Shown: piece after piece, positions 36,118 through 45,193 of the stretch
How the letters are laid out: the number at the start of each line of letters is the position of its first letter
Position numbering within the stretch: position 1 is the first letter of the stretch
Assembly (NCBI GenBank): GCA_021791675.1
Contig: JAJYWE010000001.1
Coordinates: 79,526 to 143,525 of the forward strand
Source of the DNA: Actinomycetes bacterium
GTDB lineage: Bacteria > Actinomycetota > Acidimicrobiia > Acidimicrobiales > JAKAOS01
Direction: 5' to 3'
DNA length: 64,000 nucleotides
Position numbers and translations under genes: made by a program
The notes under the pieces: generated by a model
What the model saw: only the letters and a program-made list of their open reading frames with translations
Told to the model about the DNA's origin: nothing
Databases searched by the model: none

Positions 36118-38505
36118 CTAGCGACGCCGGCGGTTCCGGCGCGGGCCTCCCCCGGCCGTACGCTCGGGGCCCGGGGACCCGGCAACACTCGGTCCGAGGT
36201 CACCGTAGGCCTCCTCGAGCTCCGCCGCGAACTCTGCCTCGAACGAGGCGAACTCGCTCGGCTCGCCGGCCGAGGCCTCGGCCGGGCGAGCCCGGCCGTC
36301 GGACGCCGGCCGTTCGCGCCCACCCGCGGCGTCGCCGTCGGCGGCCGGCTGCCCGGCGAGTGAGAGCGACACCTTGCCCTGGGGGTCGATGTCGTCGACG
36401 CGCACGTCGACCGGCTGGCCGAGCGAGAGGACGTCCTCGACTCGCTCCACCCGCTTGCCCTGCCCGAGCTTGGAGATGTGCAGGAGTCCGTCGCGCCCAG
36501 GAAGGATGTTGACGAAGGCGCCGAACTTCGTGATGTTGACGACCTTGCCGGGATAGGTCGCGCCGACCTCCGCCTTCGGCGGGTCGAGGATCGAGAGCAC
36601 CCGCCGACGGGCCTCTTCGACCGCCTCGCCGCGCTTCGCGCCGATCGTCACGACACCGAACATCTCGTGGTCGTCGACGGTGATGTCGGCTCCGGTCTCC
36701 GCCTGGATGGTGTTGATGGTCTTGCCCTTCGGGCCGATGACCTCGCCGATCTTGTCGAGCGGGATCTCGAGGGAGACGATCTTCGGGGCCGTGTCACGCA
36801 CCTCGGGCCGCGGCTCGGAGATGGCAGCGGCCATCACCGCGAGGATCGTGAGCCGTGCCGCCCGGGCCTGGTCGAGCGCCTGTGCGAGCACTTCGGCGGG
36901 GAGGCCGTCGATCTTGGTGTCGAGTTGCAGCGCCGTGACGAAGTCCGCGGTGCCGGCGACCTTGAAGTCCATGTCGCCGAACGCGTCCTCGGCACCGAGG
37001 ATGTCCGTGAGGGTGACGTAACGCCCCTCGGCGTACACGAGGCCCATCGCGATGCCCGCAACCGGCGCCTTGATCGGCACACCGGCGTCCATCAGTGACA
37101 GTGTCGAGCCGCACACCGAAGCCATCGAGGTCGACCCGTTCGACGAGAGCACCTCGGAAACCAGGCGGAGGGTGTAGGGGAACTCCTCCTGCGCCGGCAC
37201 GACGGGGAGCAGCGCGCGCTCCGCGAGGAGACCGTGGCCGATCTCGCGCCGCTTGGGACTGCCCATGCGTCCGGTCTCGCCGGACGCGAACGGCGGCATG
37301 TTGTAGTGGTGGAGGTACCGCTTCGTGTCGTCGATCCCGATGGTGTCGAGGAGCTGGTTCATCCGGGGCATCCCGAGCGTGGCGACGTTCAGCACCTGGG
37401 TCTCACCCCGCTGGAACAGGGCCGAGCCGTGCGCGGTCGGGATGACCCCGACCTCGGCCGAGAGCGGGCGGATGTCGCTCGGCCCTCGACCATCGATGCG
37501 CGTGCCCTCCTCGACGATGCGGCGGCGGACGACCTTCTTGGTGAGCGCCCGGATGGCGGCCTTCACTTCGCCGTCGCGACCGGGGAGCTCCGCCTGGAGC
37601 TGGGCGCGGATGGCCGCCCCGGCTGCGTCGAGCGCTGCGGCCCGCTCCGCCTTCCCAGGGGTCGCGTTCGCAGCGGCGATGGACGCGGCGCCGATCGCCT
37701 CGACCCGTGCTGCGACGTCCTCGCCGTAGTCGAGCTGGACCTCGTAGGCGATGAGGGGCTTCTTCCCGCCGGCTCGCGCCACGAGCTCGCGTTGCAGCTC
37801 GATCGACTCCCGGATCCACGTCTTGGCCGCCTCGAGCCCTTCGGCCAGCACGGCCTCGGTCACCTTCGGCGCGCCCGACTGGTAGTTCTGCCAGGCCGAC
37901 TCGGTGCCACCCGCTTCCACCATCATGATCGCGACGTCGTCACCGACGGCACGCCCGGCCACGACGAGCTCGAAGCTCGACCGGTCACCCTCCTGGTAGG
38001 TGGGGTGCGGGACCCAGTCGCCCTCCGGACTGTACGCGATGCGGACGGCACCGATCGGACCGTCGAAGGGGATACCCGAGATCGACAACGCGGCCGAGGC
38101 GGCGTTGATCGCCAGGACGTCGTGGGGGTTCTCCTGGTCCGCACCGAGAATCGTGCCGACGACATGGACCTCGTTGCGGAACCCCGCCGGGAAGCTCGGG
38201 CGGAGTGGCCGGTCGATCAGGCGGGCAGTGAGCACGGCCTGGTCCGTCGCTCGCCCCTCGCGCCGGAAGAACGACCCGGGAATCTTGCCCGCCGCGTACA
38301 TCCGCTCCTCGATGTCGACGGTGAGGGGGAAGAAGTCGATGCCCTCACGCACGGTCTTGGCCGCCGTCGCGGTCACGAGGACGACCGTGTCCCCGATCCG
38401 GGCAACGACCGCCCCGTCGGCCTGGCCGGCGAGCTTGCCGGTCTCGAAGCTGAGGGTTGCGTCGGTGCCCCGGATGGGGGTGGTCACGGATATGGCGTCC
38501 GCCAT
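36118..38505 (-). CDS. pnp: polyribonucleotide nucleotidyltransferase (PNPase/GpsI)
   Basis: Two RNase PH domains, KH and S1 domains (GKVVNITKFGAFVNILPGRDGLLHISKL) and a basic C-terminal tail. AAAGGAG lies 4 nt upstream of the ATG. Confidence 0.96.
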   Translation of the reverse strand: MADAISVTTPIRGTDATLSFETGKLAGQADGAVVARIGDTVVLVTATAAKTVREGIDFFPLTVDIEERMYAAGKIPGSFFRREGRATDQAVLTARLIDRPLRPSFPAGFRNEVHVVGTILGADQENPHDVLAINAASAALSISGIPFDGPIGAVRIAYSPEGDWVPHPTYQEGDRSSFELVVAGRAVGDDVAIMMVEAGGTESAWQNYQSGAPKVTEAVLAEGLEAAKTWIRESIELQRELVARAGGKKPLIAYEVQLDYGEDVAARVEAIGAASIAAANATPGKAERAAALDAAGAAIRAQLQAELPGRDGEVKAAIRALTKKVVRRRIVEEGTRIDGRGPSDIRPLSAEVGVIPTAHGSALFQRGETQVLNVATLGMPRMNQLLDTIGIDDTKRYLHHYNMPPFASGETGRMGSPKRREIGHGLLAERALLPVVPAQEEFPYTLRLVSEVLSSNGSTSMASVCGSTLSLMDAGVPIKAPVAGIAMGLVYAEGRYVTLTDILGAEDAFGDMDFKVAGTADFVTALQLDTKIDGLPAEVLAQALDQARAARLTILAVMAAAISEPRPEVRDTAPKIVSLEIPLDKIGEVIGPKGKTINTIQAETGADITVDDHEMFGVVTIGAKRGEAVEEARRRVLSILDPPKAEVGATYPGKVVNITKFGAFVNILPGRDGLLHISKLGQGKRVERVEDVLSLGQPVDVRVDDIDPQGKVSLSLAGQPAADGDAAGGRERPASDGRARPAEASAGEPSEFASFEAEFAAELEEAYGDLGPSVAGSPGPERTAGGGPRRNRRRR

Positions 38506-38539
38506 GGTGCTCCTTTTGCTCTGGGCGGCAGACCAGTTC

Positions 38540-38659
38540 CCAGTCGTCGGTCACCAGATCCTGGTGAGGGGCGACTGGCAGCTGATCGTCGTGCCGCCGG
38601 TTCCGTTGTGTCCATCGGGGCCTTCCCCGGATGGACGACGGGCGGCCCGAGGGCCGCCC
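38540..38659 (-). promoter_or_regulatory. three stem-loops in the rpsO-pnp spacer (pnp leader; candidate Actino-pnp-type element and/or rpsO terminator)
   Basis: GGGCGGCCC/GGGCCGCCC at 38640-38659. TCCATCGGGG..CCCCgGATGGA at 38611-38635 (10 bp, 1 bulge). Nested CCAGTCG..CACCAG-atc-CTGGTG..CGACTGG at 38540-38578. None is followed by a U tract. Confidence 0.5.
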
Positions 38660-38671
38660 GAAGTGCTTCGC

Positions 38672-38926
38672 TCAGCGCCGGATCCCGAGCTTCGAGATGA
38701 GCTCCCGGTAGCGCTCGACGTCGTTCGCTCGCACGTAGTCGAGCAACCGCCGGCGCCGGCCGATCATCTTCATGAGCCCACGGCGAGTGTGGTGGTCGTG
38801 CCCGTGCACCTTCAGGTGCTCCGTGAGGTGGCTGATCCGCTCGGAGAGGATCGCAACCTGCACCTCCGGGGAGCCGGTGTCCGTCTCGTGCAAGCGGTAC
38901 TGCTGGATCGTCGCGGCCTTGTCCAC
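38672..38926 (-). CDS. rpsO: 30S ribosomal protein S15
   Basis: [49 protein letters not shown]...[14 protein letters not shown] chose the GTG at 38926 (84 aa); upstream in-frame residues are Arg-rich and atypical. Confidence 0.93.
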   Translation of the reverse strand: MDKAATIQQYRLHETDTGSPEVQVAILSERISHLTEHLKVHGHDHHTRRGLMKMIGRRRRLLDYVRANDVERYRELISKLGIRR

Positions 38927-39060
38927 CCGTCGTCTCTCTCGCCTCACCGGCACGACTGCGCCGGACCACACCCAACGTTGATTACCCCGTCAGTCCCAGG
39001 CGTCTCCCGGGCACATCCACCGGCGAGCCGCAGGCAGCCGAACCTCTGGGCAAGGTCATG

Positions 39061-40032
39061 CTAGCAGCTCCCCCTCCGCCGCTCCGGCTCGGCGAGCACG
39101 CCGGCGGCCAGTACGTCCGCCGCCCTCCCCGCGTCCCGACGCATCTGGGCCACGAGCTCGCCCTCGCCGACAAAGGTCTCCTGGTCGCGGAGCTTCGCGA
39201 CGAAGCGGAGCGAGGTCGACTGCCCGTAGAGATCGCCTGCGAAGTCGAGGACGTGCGCCTCGACAGCGAGTGACGCCGAGGGCGAGTCGTAGAAGGTCGG
39301 CCGCCGGCCGACGGAGACGACCGTGCGCAAACCGGCGCCCCTGGCGAGCGCGAGCTCGCCGGCGTACACCCCGTCACCCGGCACGAGGTAGTCCGCCTGG
39401 ACGTCGATGTTGGCCGTGGGGAAGCCGAGCAGCCGACCTCGCCCGTCGCCGTGGACGACCGTTCCACGCACCTCGTGCGGCCTCCCGAGCAGCTCGGCCG
39501 CCTCTTCGACCCCGCCGCCGGCGAGCAGACGCCGCACTCGGGTCGAGCTCACCGGACCCCGCCGGTCGACCAGCGGCACTCCGCCGACCTCGAAGCCCGA
39601 CTGCCGCCCGAGCGTCCGGAGCAGCGCCACGTCCCCGAGGCGTCGATGCCCGAAGCGGAAGTCCGCCCCTACGAGGACGAGCCTGGCTCGGAGCTGGCGC
39701 ACGAGCACCTCGTCCACGAAGTCCTCCGCCCGCTCTTCGGCCCGAGCCTTGTCGAAACGGACGACGAGCACGGCACCCACGCCGGCGCGCTCGAGCAGTT
39801 CCAGGCGGAAGGCGAGCGGGGCGAGCAGCGGGGGGGCCGTCCCGGGGTGGAGCACCGAGGCGGGGTGCGGGTCGAAGGTGACGACAGCGGGGACGAGAGC
39901 TCCTGCAGCCGCGCGCGCCGAGAGGTCCTCGAGGAGCGCCTGGTGGCCGAGGTGGACACCGTCGAAGTTGCCGATCGTGACCGCTCCGGCCGCGCCCGGG
40001 CGGAGCTTCGCGTCCCCCACGAGCACGTCCAT
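39061..40032 (-). CDS. ribF: bifunctional riboflavin kinase/FMN adenylyltransferase
   Basis: TIGNFDGVHLGHQAL, the FDPHP motif, and a C-terminal riboflavin kinase domain (GFPTANI). Confidence 0.93.
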   Translation of the reverse strand: MDVLVGDAKLRPGAAGAVTIGNFDGVHLGHQALLEDLSARAAAGALVPAVVTFDPHPASVLHPGTAPPLLAPLAFRLELLERAGVGAVLVVRFDKARAEERAEDFVDEVLVRQLRARLVLVGADFRFGHRRLGDVALLRTLGRQSGFEVGGVPLVDRRGPVSSTRVRRLLAGGGVEEAAELLGRPHEVRGTVVHGDGRGRLLGFPTANIDVQADYLVPGDGVYAGELALARGAGLRTVVSVGRRPTFYDSPSASLAVEAHVLDFAGDLYGQSTSLRFVAKLRDQETFVGEGELVAQMRRDAGRAADVLAAGVLAEPERRRGSC

Positions 40033-40044
40033 CGCGCCCTCAAG

Positions 40045-40974
40045 CTACCCGGCCAGCACCACCGCAGCTCGCGGTGCTCCCGCCCCTGCCCGCTCCCAGA
40101 CCGCGACCAGCGTGCCGTCCGGCGCGAAGACCGCCCACGGCCCGTCCCCGGCGAGGCCGAGCTCGAGCGAGCTCGGCTGGTACCCGAGGCGCACCCGGGC
40201 CGCCAGCGCGTCCTCGATCTCGACGCGATCGAGGCCGACGACCGCTGCGGCTGGTGGCTCGACCAGGTCACGCCCGGCCTCGGCGAGGACCGCCAAGGGA
40301 TGCGCTCGCTCGACCCCGAACGGACCGACCGCCAGGCGTCGGAGGTTCCGGAGGTGAGCCACCCCGCCGAGGTGACGGCCGATGTCGGCGGCGAGGGTGC
40401 GCACATAGGTCCCCGGTGAGCACTCGACCTCGAGGGAGAGCACGCCTGGCTCGCCGCCGGGCGCGAGCTCGAGGCGGTAGATCTCGACACGTCGGGCAGC
40501 GCGGGCAACCTCGACCCCCTCGCGCGCCAGCGCGTACAGCCGTCGACCGTCGACCTTGACCGCCGAGACCATCGGGGGGACCTGCTCGATCCGGCCGGAG
40601 AACACCGGGATGAGCGCCTCGAGCTCGGCGTCACTGACCGGCCCCATCGAGACCCGTTCGACCGGGGTCCCGGTGTCGTCGAGGGTCGTCGTCCCGACAC
40701 CGAGGACGATCTCGCCGGCATACCGCTTGGGCGCGGCCTCGACGAAGCGCAGCAGCCTCGTCGCCCTCCCGAGCCCGAGACAGAGCACCCCGGTGGCCGG
40801 CGGATCGAGCGTCCCCGCATGCCCGATCCGTCGTTGTCCGAAGATCCGACGGCATGTGGCGACGACGTCGTGGGACGTCAGACCGGACGGCTTGTCGACG
40901 ACGACGAAGCCGTCGACCGGTTCGGCGCTCCCGACCGTCGGTGAACCGGCCGGACCGCCTACCGGCTCACCCAC
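40045..40974 (-). CDS. truB: tRNA pseudouridine(55) synthase TruB
   Basis: GFVVVDKPSGLTSHDVV and the catalytic-Asp motif GHAGTLDPPATG. GTG 40974 overlaps the rbfA end by 8 nt. Confidence 0.92.
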   Translation of the reverse strand: MGEPVGGPAGSPTVGSAEPVDGFVVVDKPSGLTSHDVVATCRRIFGQRRIGHAGTLDPPATGVLCLGLGRATRLLRFVEAAPKRYAGEIVLGVGTTTLDDTGTPVERVSMGPVSDAELEALIPVFSGRIEQVPPMVSAVKVDGRRLYALAREGVEVARAARRVEIYRLELAPGGEPGVLSLEVECSPGTYVRTLAADIGRHLGGVAHLRNLRRLAVGPFGVERAHPLAVLAEAGRDLVEPPAAAVVGLDRVEIEDALAARVRLGYQPSSLELGLAGDGPWAVFAPDGTLVAVWERAGAGAPRAAVVLAG

Positions 40975-41422
40975 GCGCCGTGCCCTCCGGTCCCGGGACC
41001 GACCCCGGGTCGGACTCCCGTGCATCTCCAGCCGGACCCCCCTGCTGGCGCAGGCGCGCCAGCGTGTCCTCGAGGCGGCGCGCCTCGGCGACTGCCGGGT
41101 CCGCAACGAAGGACAACAGCGGCGTCCGCTTGAGCCTGACCTGCTCTGCGACCGCTCGCTGAAGGCGCGGACGCAGCTCGGACAGCCGTGTCGATCCCAC
41201 CTCGCTCAGCGCGTCGAGGTAGACGACCGCCGCGCCCAGGTCGGGGCGACACGACACGCCCGTCACCGTGAAGGGGTGGCCCCCGAAGTCGCCCTCTTCT
41301 CCGTCACCGATGCGCTCGAGCTCCTCGGCGAGCACCTCACGCAAGAGCTCGTTCACCCGTGCGAGGCGCGCACCCTCCGTCGGCTCCGAACGACGCCGCC
41401 GGGCGTGCGAGCGGCTGCTCAC
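40967..41422 (-). CDS. rbfA: ribosome-binding factor A
   Basis: RLARVNELLREVLAEELERI ... VTGVSCRPDLGAAVVYL ... RTPLLSFVADPA. GTGA overlap with the DUF503 stop. Confidence 0.9.
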   Translation of the reverse strand: MSSRSHARRRRSEPTEGARLARVNELLREVLAEELERIGDGEEGDFGGHPFTVTGVSCRPDLGAAVVYLDALSEVGSTRLSELRPRLQRAVAEQVRLKRTPLLSFVADPAVAEARRLEDTLARLRQQGGPAGDARESDPGSVPGPEGTARG

Positions 41423-41694
41423 TGTTCCACCTCCATCCACTGGCGCGCCGTCGTGACCACCTCCACGTCGGGTCGGGACCACACGAGGCGTTCCAGCGCG
41501 TCGAAGGTCGCCGCCACGCCGCCAGGCTCACGATCCACAGCGGCAGCGGCAATCGTGGCGCGCTGGTGGGCATCGAGGTGGCGAACCTCGGTGATGCTCA
41601 CCCCGAGCCGCCGCCGGCCGCCCTCGAGGATCGGTCGGATGGCCGATCGCTTGTCCTTGAGCGACTGTGCCATCGGAACCCGCAGCTCGAGCAC
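41419..41694 (-). CDS. DUF503 (YlxP-like) protein
   Basis: LELRVPMAQSLKDKRSAIRPILEG... matches the DUF503 pattern (..lp.a.SLKeKR). Conserved position between infB and rbfA. The first canonical start is GTG 41694; the family N-terminus seems to begin a few codons earlier (see findings). Confidence 0.75.
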   Translation of the reverse strand: MLELRVPMAQSLKDKRSAIRPILEGGRRRLGVSITEVRHLDAHQRATIAAAAVDREPGGVAATFDALERLVWSRPDVEVVTTARQWMEVEQ

Positions 41695-41702
41695 GAGCAG
41701 CC

Positions 41703-44700
41703 CTACGTGCGTGGGACCTCCCGGTCCTCGAAGGTCTCGATGACGTCGCCTGCGCGCAGGTCCTGGAAGTCGGAGAGGCCGACACCGCACTCGAAGCCCG
41801 TTGCGACCTCACGGACATCGTCCTTGAAGCGCCGCAGCGAGGAGATCGTCCCCTTCCAGATGACGGCACCGTCACGCAGGAAACGCACCTTCGACCCACG
41901 CGTCAGCGCGCCGTGACGGACGTAGCACCCCGCGACCGCGCCCACCCGAGGAACCCGGAAGATCTCTCGCACCTCGGCCTCGCCCGTGACGACCTCCTCC
42001 GTCTCGGGCGCGAGCATCCCGACCATCGCCGCCTGCATGTCCTCGATGACCTTGTAGATGATCTCGTAGGTACGGATCTCGACATCCGATGCCTCGGCCA
42101 GCTCTCGGGCTCGCCGATCCGGACGGACGTTGAACCCGATGATCGTCGCGTTCGAGGCCGCGGCCAGCGTGACGTCGTTCTCGGTGACGCCGCCGACCGC
42201 GCGGTGGACGAACGTCAGCTTGACGTCCTCCCGCTCGAGCCGGCGCAGGCTCTCCGTGAGCGCCTCCAGAGACCCCTGCACGTCGGCCTTCAGGATGAGG
42301 TTGAGGGTCGCGGTCTCGCCCCGACGGATCTGGTCGATCAGGTCCTCGAGCTTCGCCCCCGGGGTCGGCGCAGGCGTCGCCGCGTGACCGGCGAGCCGTT
42401 GGCGCTGGGCGCGGGCCTCACCGATCGTCCGCGCGCTGCCCTGGTCCGGCGTCACCCGGAGCTCGTCACCCGCAGCCGGCACGTCGGAGAACCCGAGCAC
42501 CTGCACGGGCGTCGAGGGGCCCGCGCCCTTCACCGCCTTTCCCCGCTCGTCGAGCAGGGCCTTCACCCTGCCCCAGGCAGCTCCCGCGACGACCCAGTCC
42601 CCGACCTCGAGGGTCCCCCGCTCCACGATGACGGTCGCGACGGGACCGCGGCCGGGATCGAGGTTGGCTTCCAGGACGACACCCCGAGCCCGGCCGGTCG
42701 GGTTCGCGCGGAGTTCGAGGACCTCGGCGAGCACGAGCAGCTGCTCGAGGAGGTCGTCGATACCCAGGTTCTGGAGCGCCGAGATCTCGACCGTGATGGT
42801 GTCACCGCCCCAGCCCTCGGGGACGAGGCCGTGCTCCGAGAGCTGCTGCATGACCCGGTTGGGGTCGGCGTCGGCGCGGTCGATCTTGTTGAGCGCGACC
42901 ACGATCGGGACGTCGGCGGCCCGCGCGTGGTTGATGGCCTCGACGGTCTGGGGCATGACCCCGTCGTCCGCCGCCACGACGAGCACGACGATGTCCGTGA
43001 CCTCCGCCCCTCGGGCCCGCATCGCCGTGAAGGCCTCGTGCCCAGGGGTGTCGATGAAGGTGATGCGCTGTCCGGCGACGTCGACCTGGTACGCGCCGAT
43101 GTGCTGGGTGATGCCCCCCGCCTCGCCCGCAACCACGTTCGCCGAGCGGATCCGGTCGAGGAGCAGCGTCTTGCCGTGGTCTACGTGGCCCATGACGGTG
43201 ACCACGGGGGGGCGCACGACGAGCGCGGACTCGTCCTCCTCCTCGTCGTCCTCCTCGAAGAAGCGTGCCTGGAGCTGCGCCTCCTGTTCCTCGCCCGGGT
43301 CGACCAGGCGGACCTTCGCGCCGACCTCGGCGGCGAAGAGCTCGATCATCTCCTCGGAGAGGGACTGGGTGGCGGTCACCATCTCGCCCTGCAACAGCAG
43401 GAAGCGCACGACGTCCCCGGCTGACCGGTTGAGCTTCGGCCCGACGTCCTGGGCCGTCGATCCCCGTTCGATGATGACCTCGCCCTCGGGAACAGGCGCG
43501 TTCGACGGGCTGTAGACGGTGAGCTGCGTCGGCTCGAGCTCCTCACGGTTGCGCCGCGGGCGTCGCCTACCGGATCGCTGGGGCGGCCGGCCCCGCGCGG
43601 GCGCACCTCGCCCACCGAAGCCGCCCGGGGCGCCAGCCGGGGCACCCGGGCGCGCGAGGGAGCTCGTGCGACCCGCGCCGAAGCCGCCGGCGGGACGCGC
43701 GCCGCCAGGTCCCGGCCGCGGGGCGCCGGGGAAGACGCGACCAGCCCCACCCGGTGCCGGGCGAGCGCCTGCCGGACCCCGCGACGGTGGGCCGGACCTT
43801 CCCGACATCGCACCGGCACGGTCCATTGGCACCCGGGGACCTGGTGGGGGCGGGATGGGCCTACCGGAGCGCGAAAGGGGCGGTCCGCCCGGAGGGGGCG
43901 GGATGGGCCTACCGGAGCGCGAGAGGGGCGGTCCGCCCGGGGGGGGCGGGATGCGCCGGGGCGCGGTGGGAGCTGCTGCGCCCGACGAGGCAGCGGGGGC
44001 CGGTGCAGGTGGTGCAGGTGGTGCAGGTGCGCTACCAGCGCCCGGTGGGGCGACTGGAGCAGCGGCAGGCGCAGCCGTTGCCGAGGCCGTTGCTGCGGCC
44101 TGAACGGCACTGGCGGGTCCCGTCACCGGCTCGGGGAGGGTGGCTGGCGGGCGGTCGAGAGGGGGTGAGGCCGGCACTGCGACGCCGCTCCCTCCGACCG
44201 GCGGCCGGGGCGAGCCGGCGCGCTCGGCGCCCGGCGTCCCCGGTCGTTCGGTTCTCGGTCGTTCGGATGCGGTTCGTTCGGGTGCGGTTCGTTCGGCCCC
44301 AGGGACTGGCGCCGGAGGGTGCGGGGAGGTCGGCGCGCCGGGAGGGCCACCCGCGGGGGTGGCGATCGGACGGACCTCGCCCGGGCCCCGCCCGAGCTCG
44401 GCGGCCGGGCGGCTCGTCACGAGCCGCCGCGGTGGCGCAGTGCCACCGGTGTCGTCCGCTCCGCCGCTGAGTCCTCGCGCGCCCACCTCGACGGCCCGCT
44501 GCCCCCGACCGAGCGCCGCATCGCCAGTTGGCGAGACACCGCTGTGCGGTCCGCCCGGGGTGCTCGCTGCCGGCCTGCTCGACACGGCCGGCTCGGGCTC
44601 CGGGGGCTGCTGGGCTCGGCGCAGTCCGAGCTGGTCGGCCTTGCGGCGGACGCGGTCGGCCTGCGCATCCTCGATGCTCGACGAGTGGCTGCGCACGCCG

Positions 44701-44789
44701 ATGCCGAGCGTGAGGCTGAGGTCGAGTGCTTCCTTGTTCGTGAGCCCGAGCTCTCGGGCCAGCTCATAGACGCGGATCTTCTTCGCCAA
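41703..44789 (-). CDS. infB: translation initiation factor IF-2
   Basis: TTG start giving (M)[22 protein letters not shown], a long Pro/Gly/Ala linker, G-domain motifs ([21 protein letters not shown]) and C-terminal domains. Confidence 0.96.
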   Translation of the reverse strand: MAKKIRVYELARELGLTNKEALDLSLTLGIGVRSHSSSIEDAQADRVRRKADQLGLRRAQQPPEPEPAVSSRPAASTPGGPHSGVSPTGDAALGRGQRAVEVGARGLSGGADDTGGTAPPRRLVTSRPAAELGRGPGEVRPIATPAGGPPGAPTSPHPPAPVPGAERTAPERTASERPRTERPGTPGAERAGSPRPPVGGSGVAVPASPPLDRPPATLPEPVTGPASAVQAAATASATAAPAAAPVAPPGAGSAPAPPAPPAPAPAASSGAAAPTAPRRIPPPPGGPPLSRSGRPIPPPPGGPPLSRSGRPIPPPPGPRVPMDRAGAMSGRSGPPSRGPAGARPAPGGAGRVFPGAPRPGPGGARPAGGFGAGRTSSLARPGAPAGAPGGFGGRGAPARGRPPQRSGRRRPRRNREELEPTQLTVYSPSNAPVPEGEVIIERGSTAQDVGPKLNRSAGDVVRFLLLQGEMVTATQSLSEEMIELFAAEVGAKVRLVDPGEEQEAQLQARFFEEDDEEEDESALVVRPPVVTVMGHVDHGKTLLLDRIRSANVVAGEAGGITQHIGAYQVDVAGQRITFIDTPGHEAFTAMRARGAEVTDIVVLVVAADDGVMPQTVEAINHARAADVPIVVALNKIDRADADPNRVMQQLSEHGLVPEGWGGDTITVEISALQNLGIDDLLEQLLVLAEVLELRANPTGRARGVVLEANLDPGRGPVATVIVERGTLEVGDWVVAGAAWGRVKALLDERGKAVKGAGPSTPVQVLGFSDVPAAGDELRVTPDQGSARTIGEARAQRQRLAGHAATPAPTPGAKLEDLIDQIRRGETATLNLILKADVQGSLEALTESLRRLEREDVKLTFVHRAVGGVTENDVTLAAASNATIIGFNVRPDRRARELAEASDVEIRTYEIIYKVIEDMQAAMVGMLAPETEEVVTGEAEVREIFRVPRVGAVAGCYVRHGALTRGSKVRFLRDGAVIWKGTISSLRRFKDDVREVATGFECGVGLSDFQDLRAGDVIETFEDREVPRT
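43846..43953. repeat. 48-nt tandem repeat (2.25 copies, 2 mismatches) inside the IF-2 linker, encoding [16 protein letters not shown] x2
   Basis: Copies at 43846-43893 and 43894-43941, partial copy 43942-43953. A nearby 9-nt triplet, GGTGCAGGT x3, is at 44002-44028. Confidence 0.9.
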
Positions 44790-44860
44790 CTGCCGTCTCA
44801 GTCCTCTCGTTGCGGCCGGCCCGGTCGCGACCAGCGGGGCCTGCGCCCACCCGCCGTAGC

Positions 44861-45193
44861 CTAGGGTGCCAGCTGCCTGCACCCCTCCGGGGCGTGCGGC
44901 TGGACACCCGCTCCCGGCGCGCCCTGCCGGGGCGTGTCGAGCAGCGCACCCGCTGCACCTGGTCGGAGCGGGCGCCGCAGGGTACGGGAGAACGATCCCG
45001 TCCGCTCCGCGCGCGACACGCACGACGAGCTCGGAGCCCGAAGGTCAGCGGGATCCCTGCAGACCCAGGCCCCGCGCCCCGGGAGGGTGCGCGAGAGGAC
45101 GAGTCCACCGGTTGGATCGCCAACCACGCGCACGAGGGCCGACACGGGCCGGCGTGCCCTACATCCGACGCAGGTGCGCTCCGGCTCGGTCAG
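44861..45193 (-). CDS. ylxR: YlxR/DUF448 family RNA-binding protein
   Basis: ERTCVGCRARRPVSALVRVV...LPGRGAWVCRD...CVSRAERTGSFSRTLRRPL matches actinobacterial YlxR. The first ATG/GTG/TTG is the GTG at 45145, downstream of the RTCVGCR motif. The extent to CTG 45193 (CTGA overlap with nusA) is my inference. Confidence 0.7.
   Translation of the reverse strand: MTEPERTCVGCRARRPVSALVRVVGDPTGGLVLSRTLPGRGAWVCRDPADLRAPSSSCVSRAERTGSFSRTLRRPLRPGAAGALLDTPRQGAPGAGVQPHAPEGCRQLAP

Noticed and set aside
43846-44028. Direct repeats considered as a possible CRISPR or mini-satellite array. The same was considered for 54134-54196.
   Set aside because: The units are contiguous with no spacers, are in frame within IF-2 and CdsA, and encode low-complexity peptide repeats. 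No cas genes are present.
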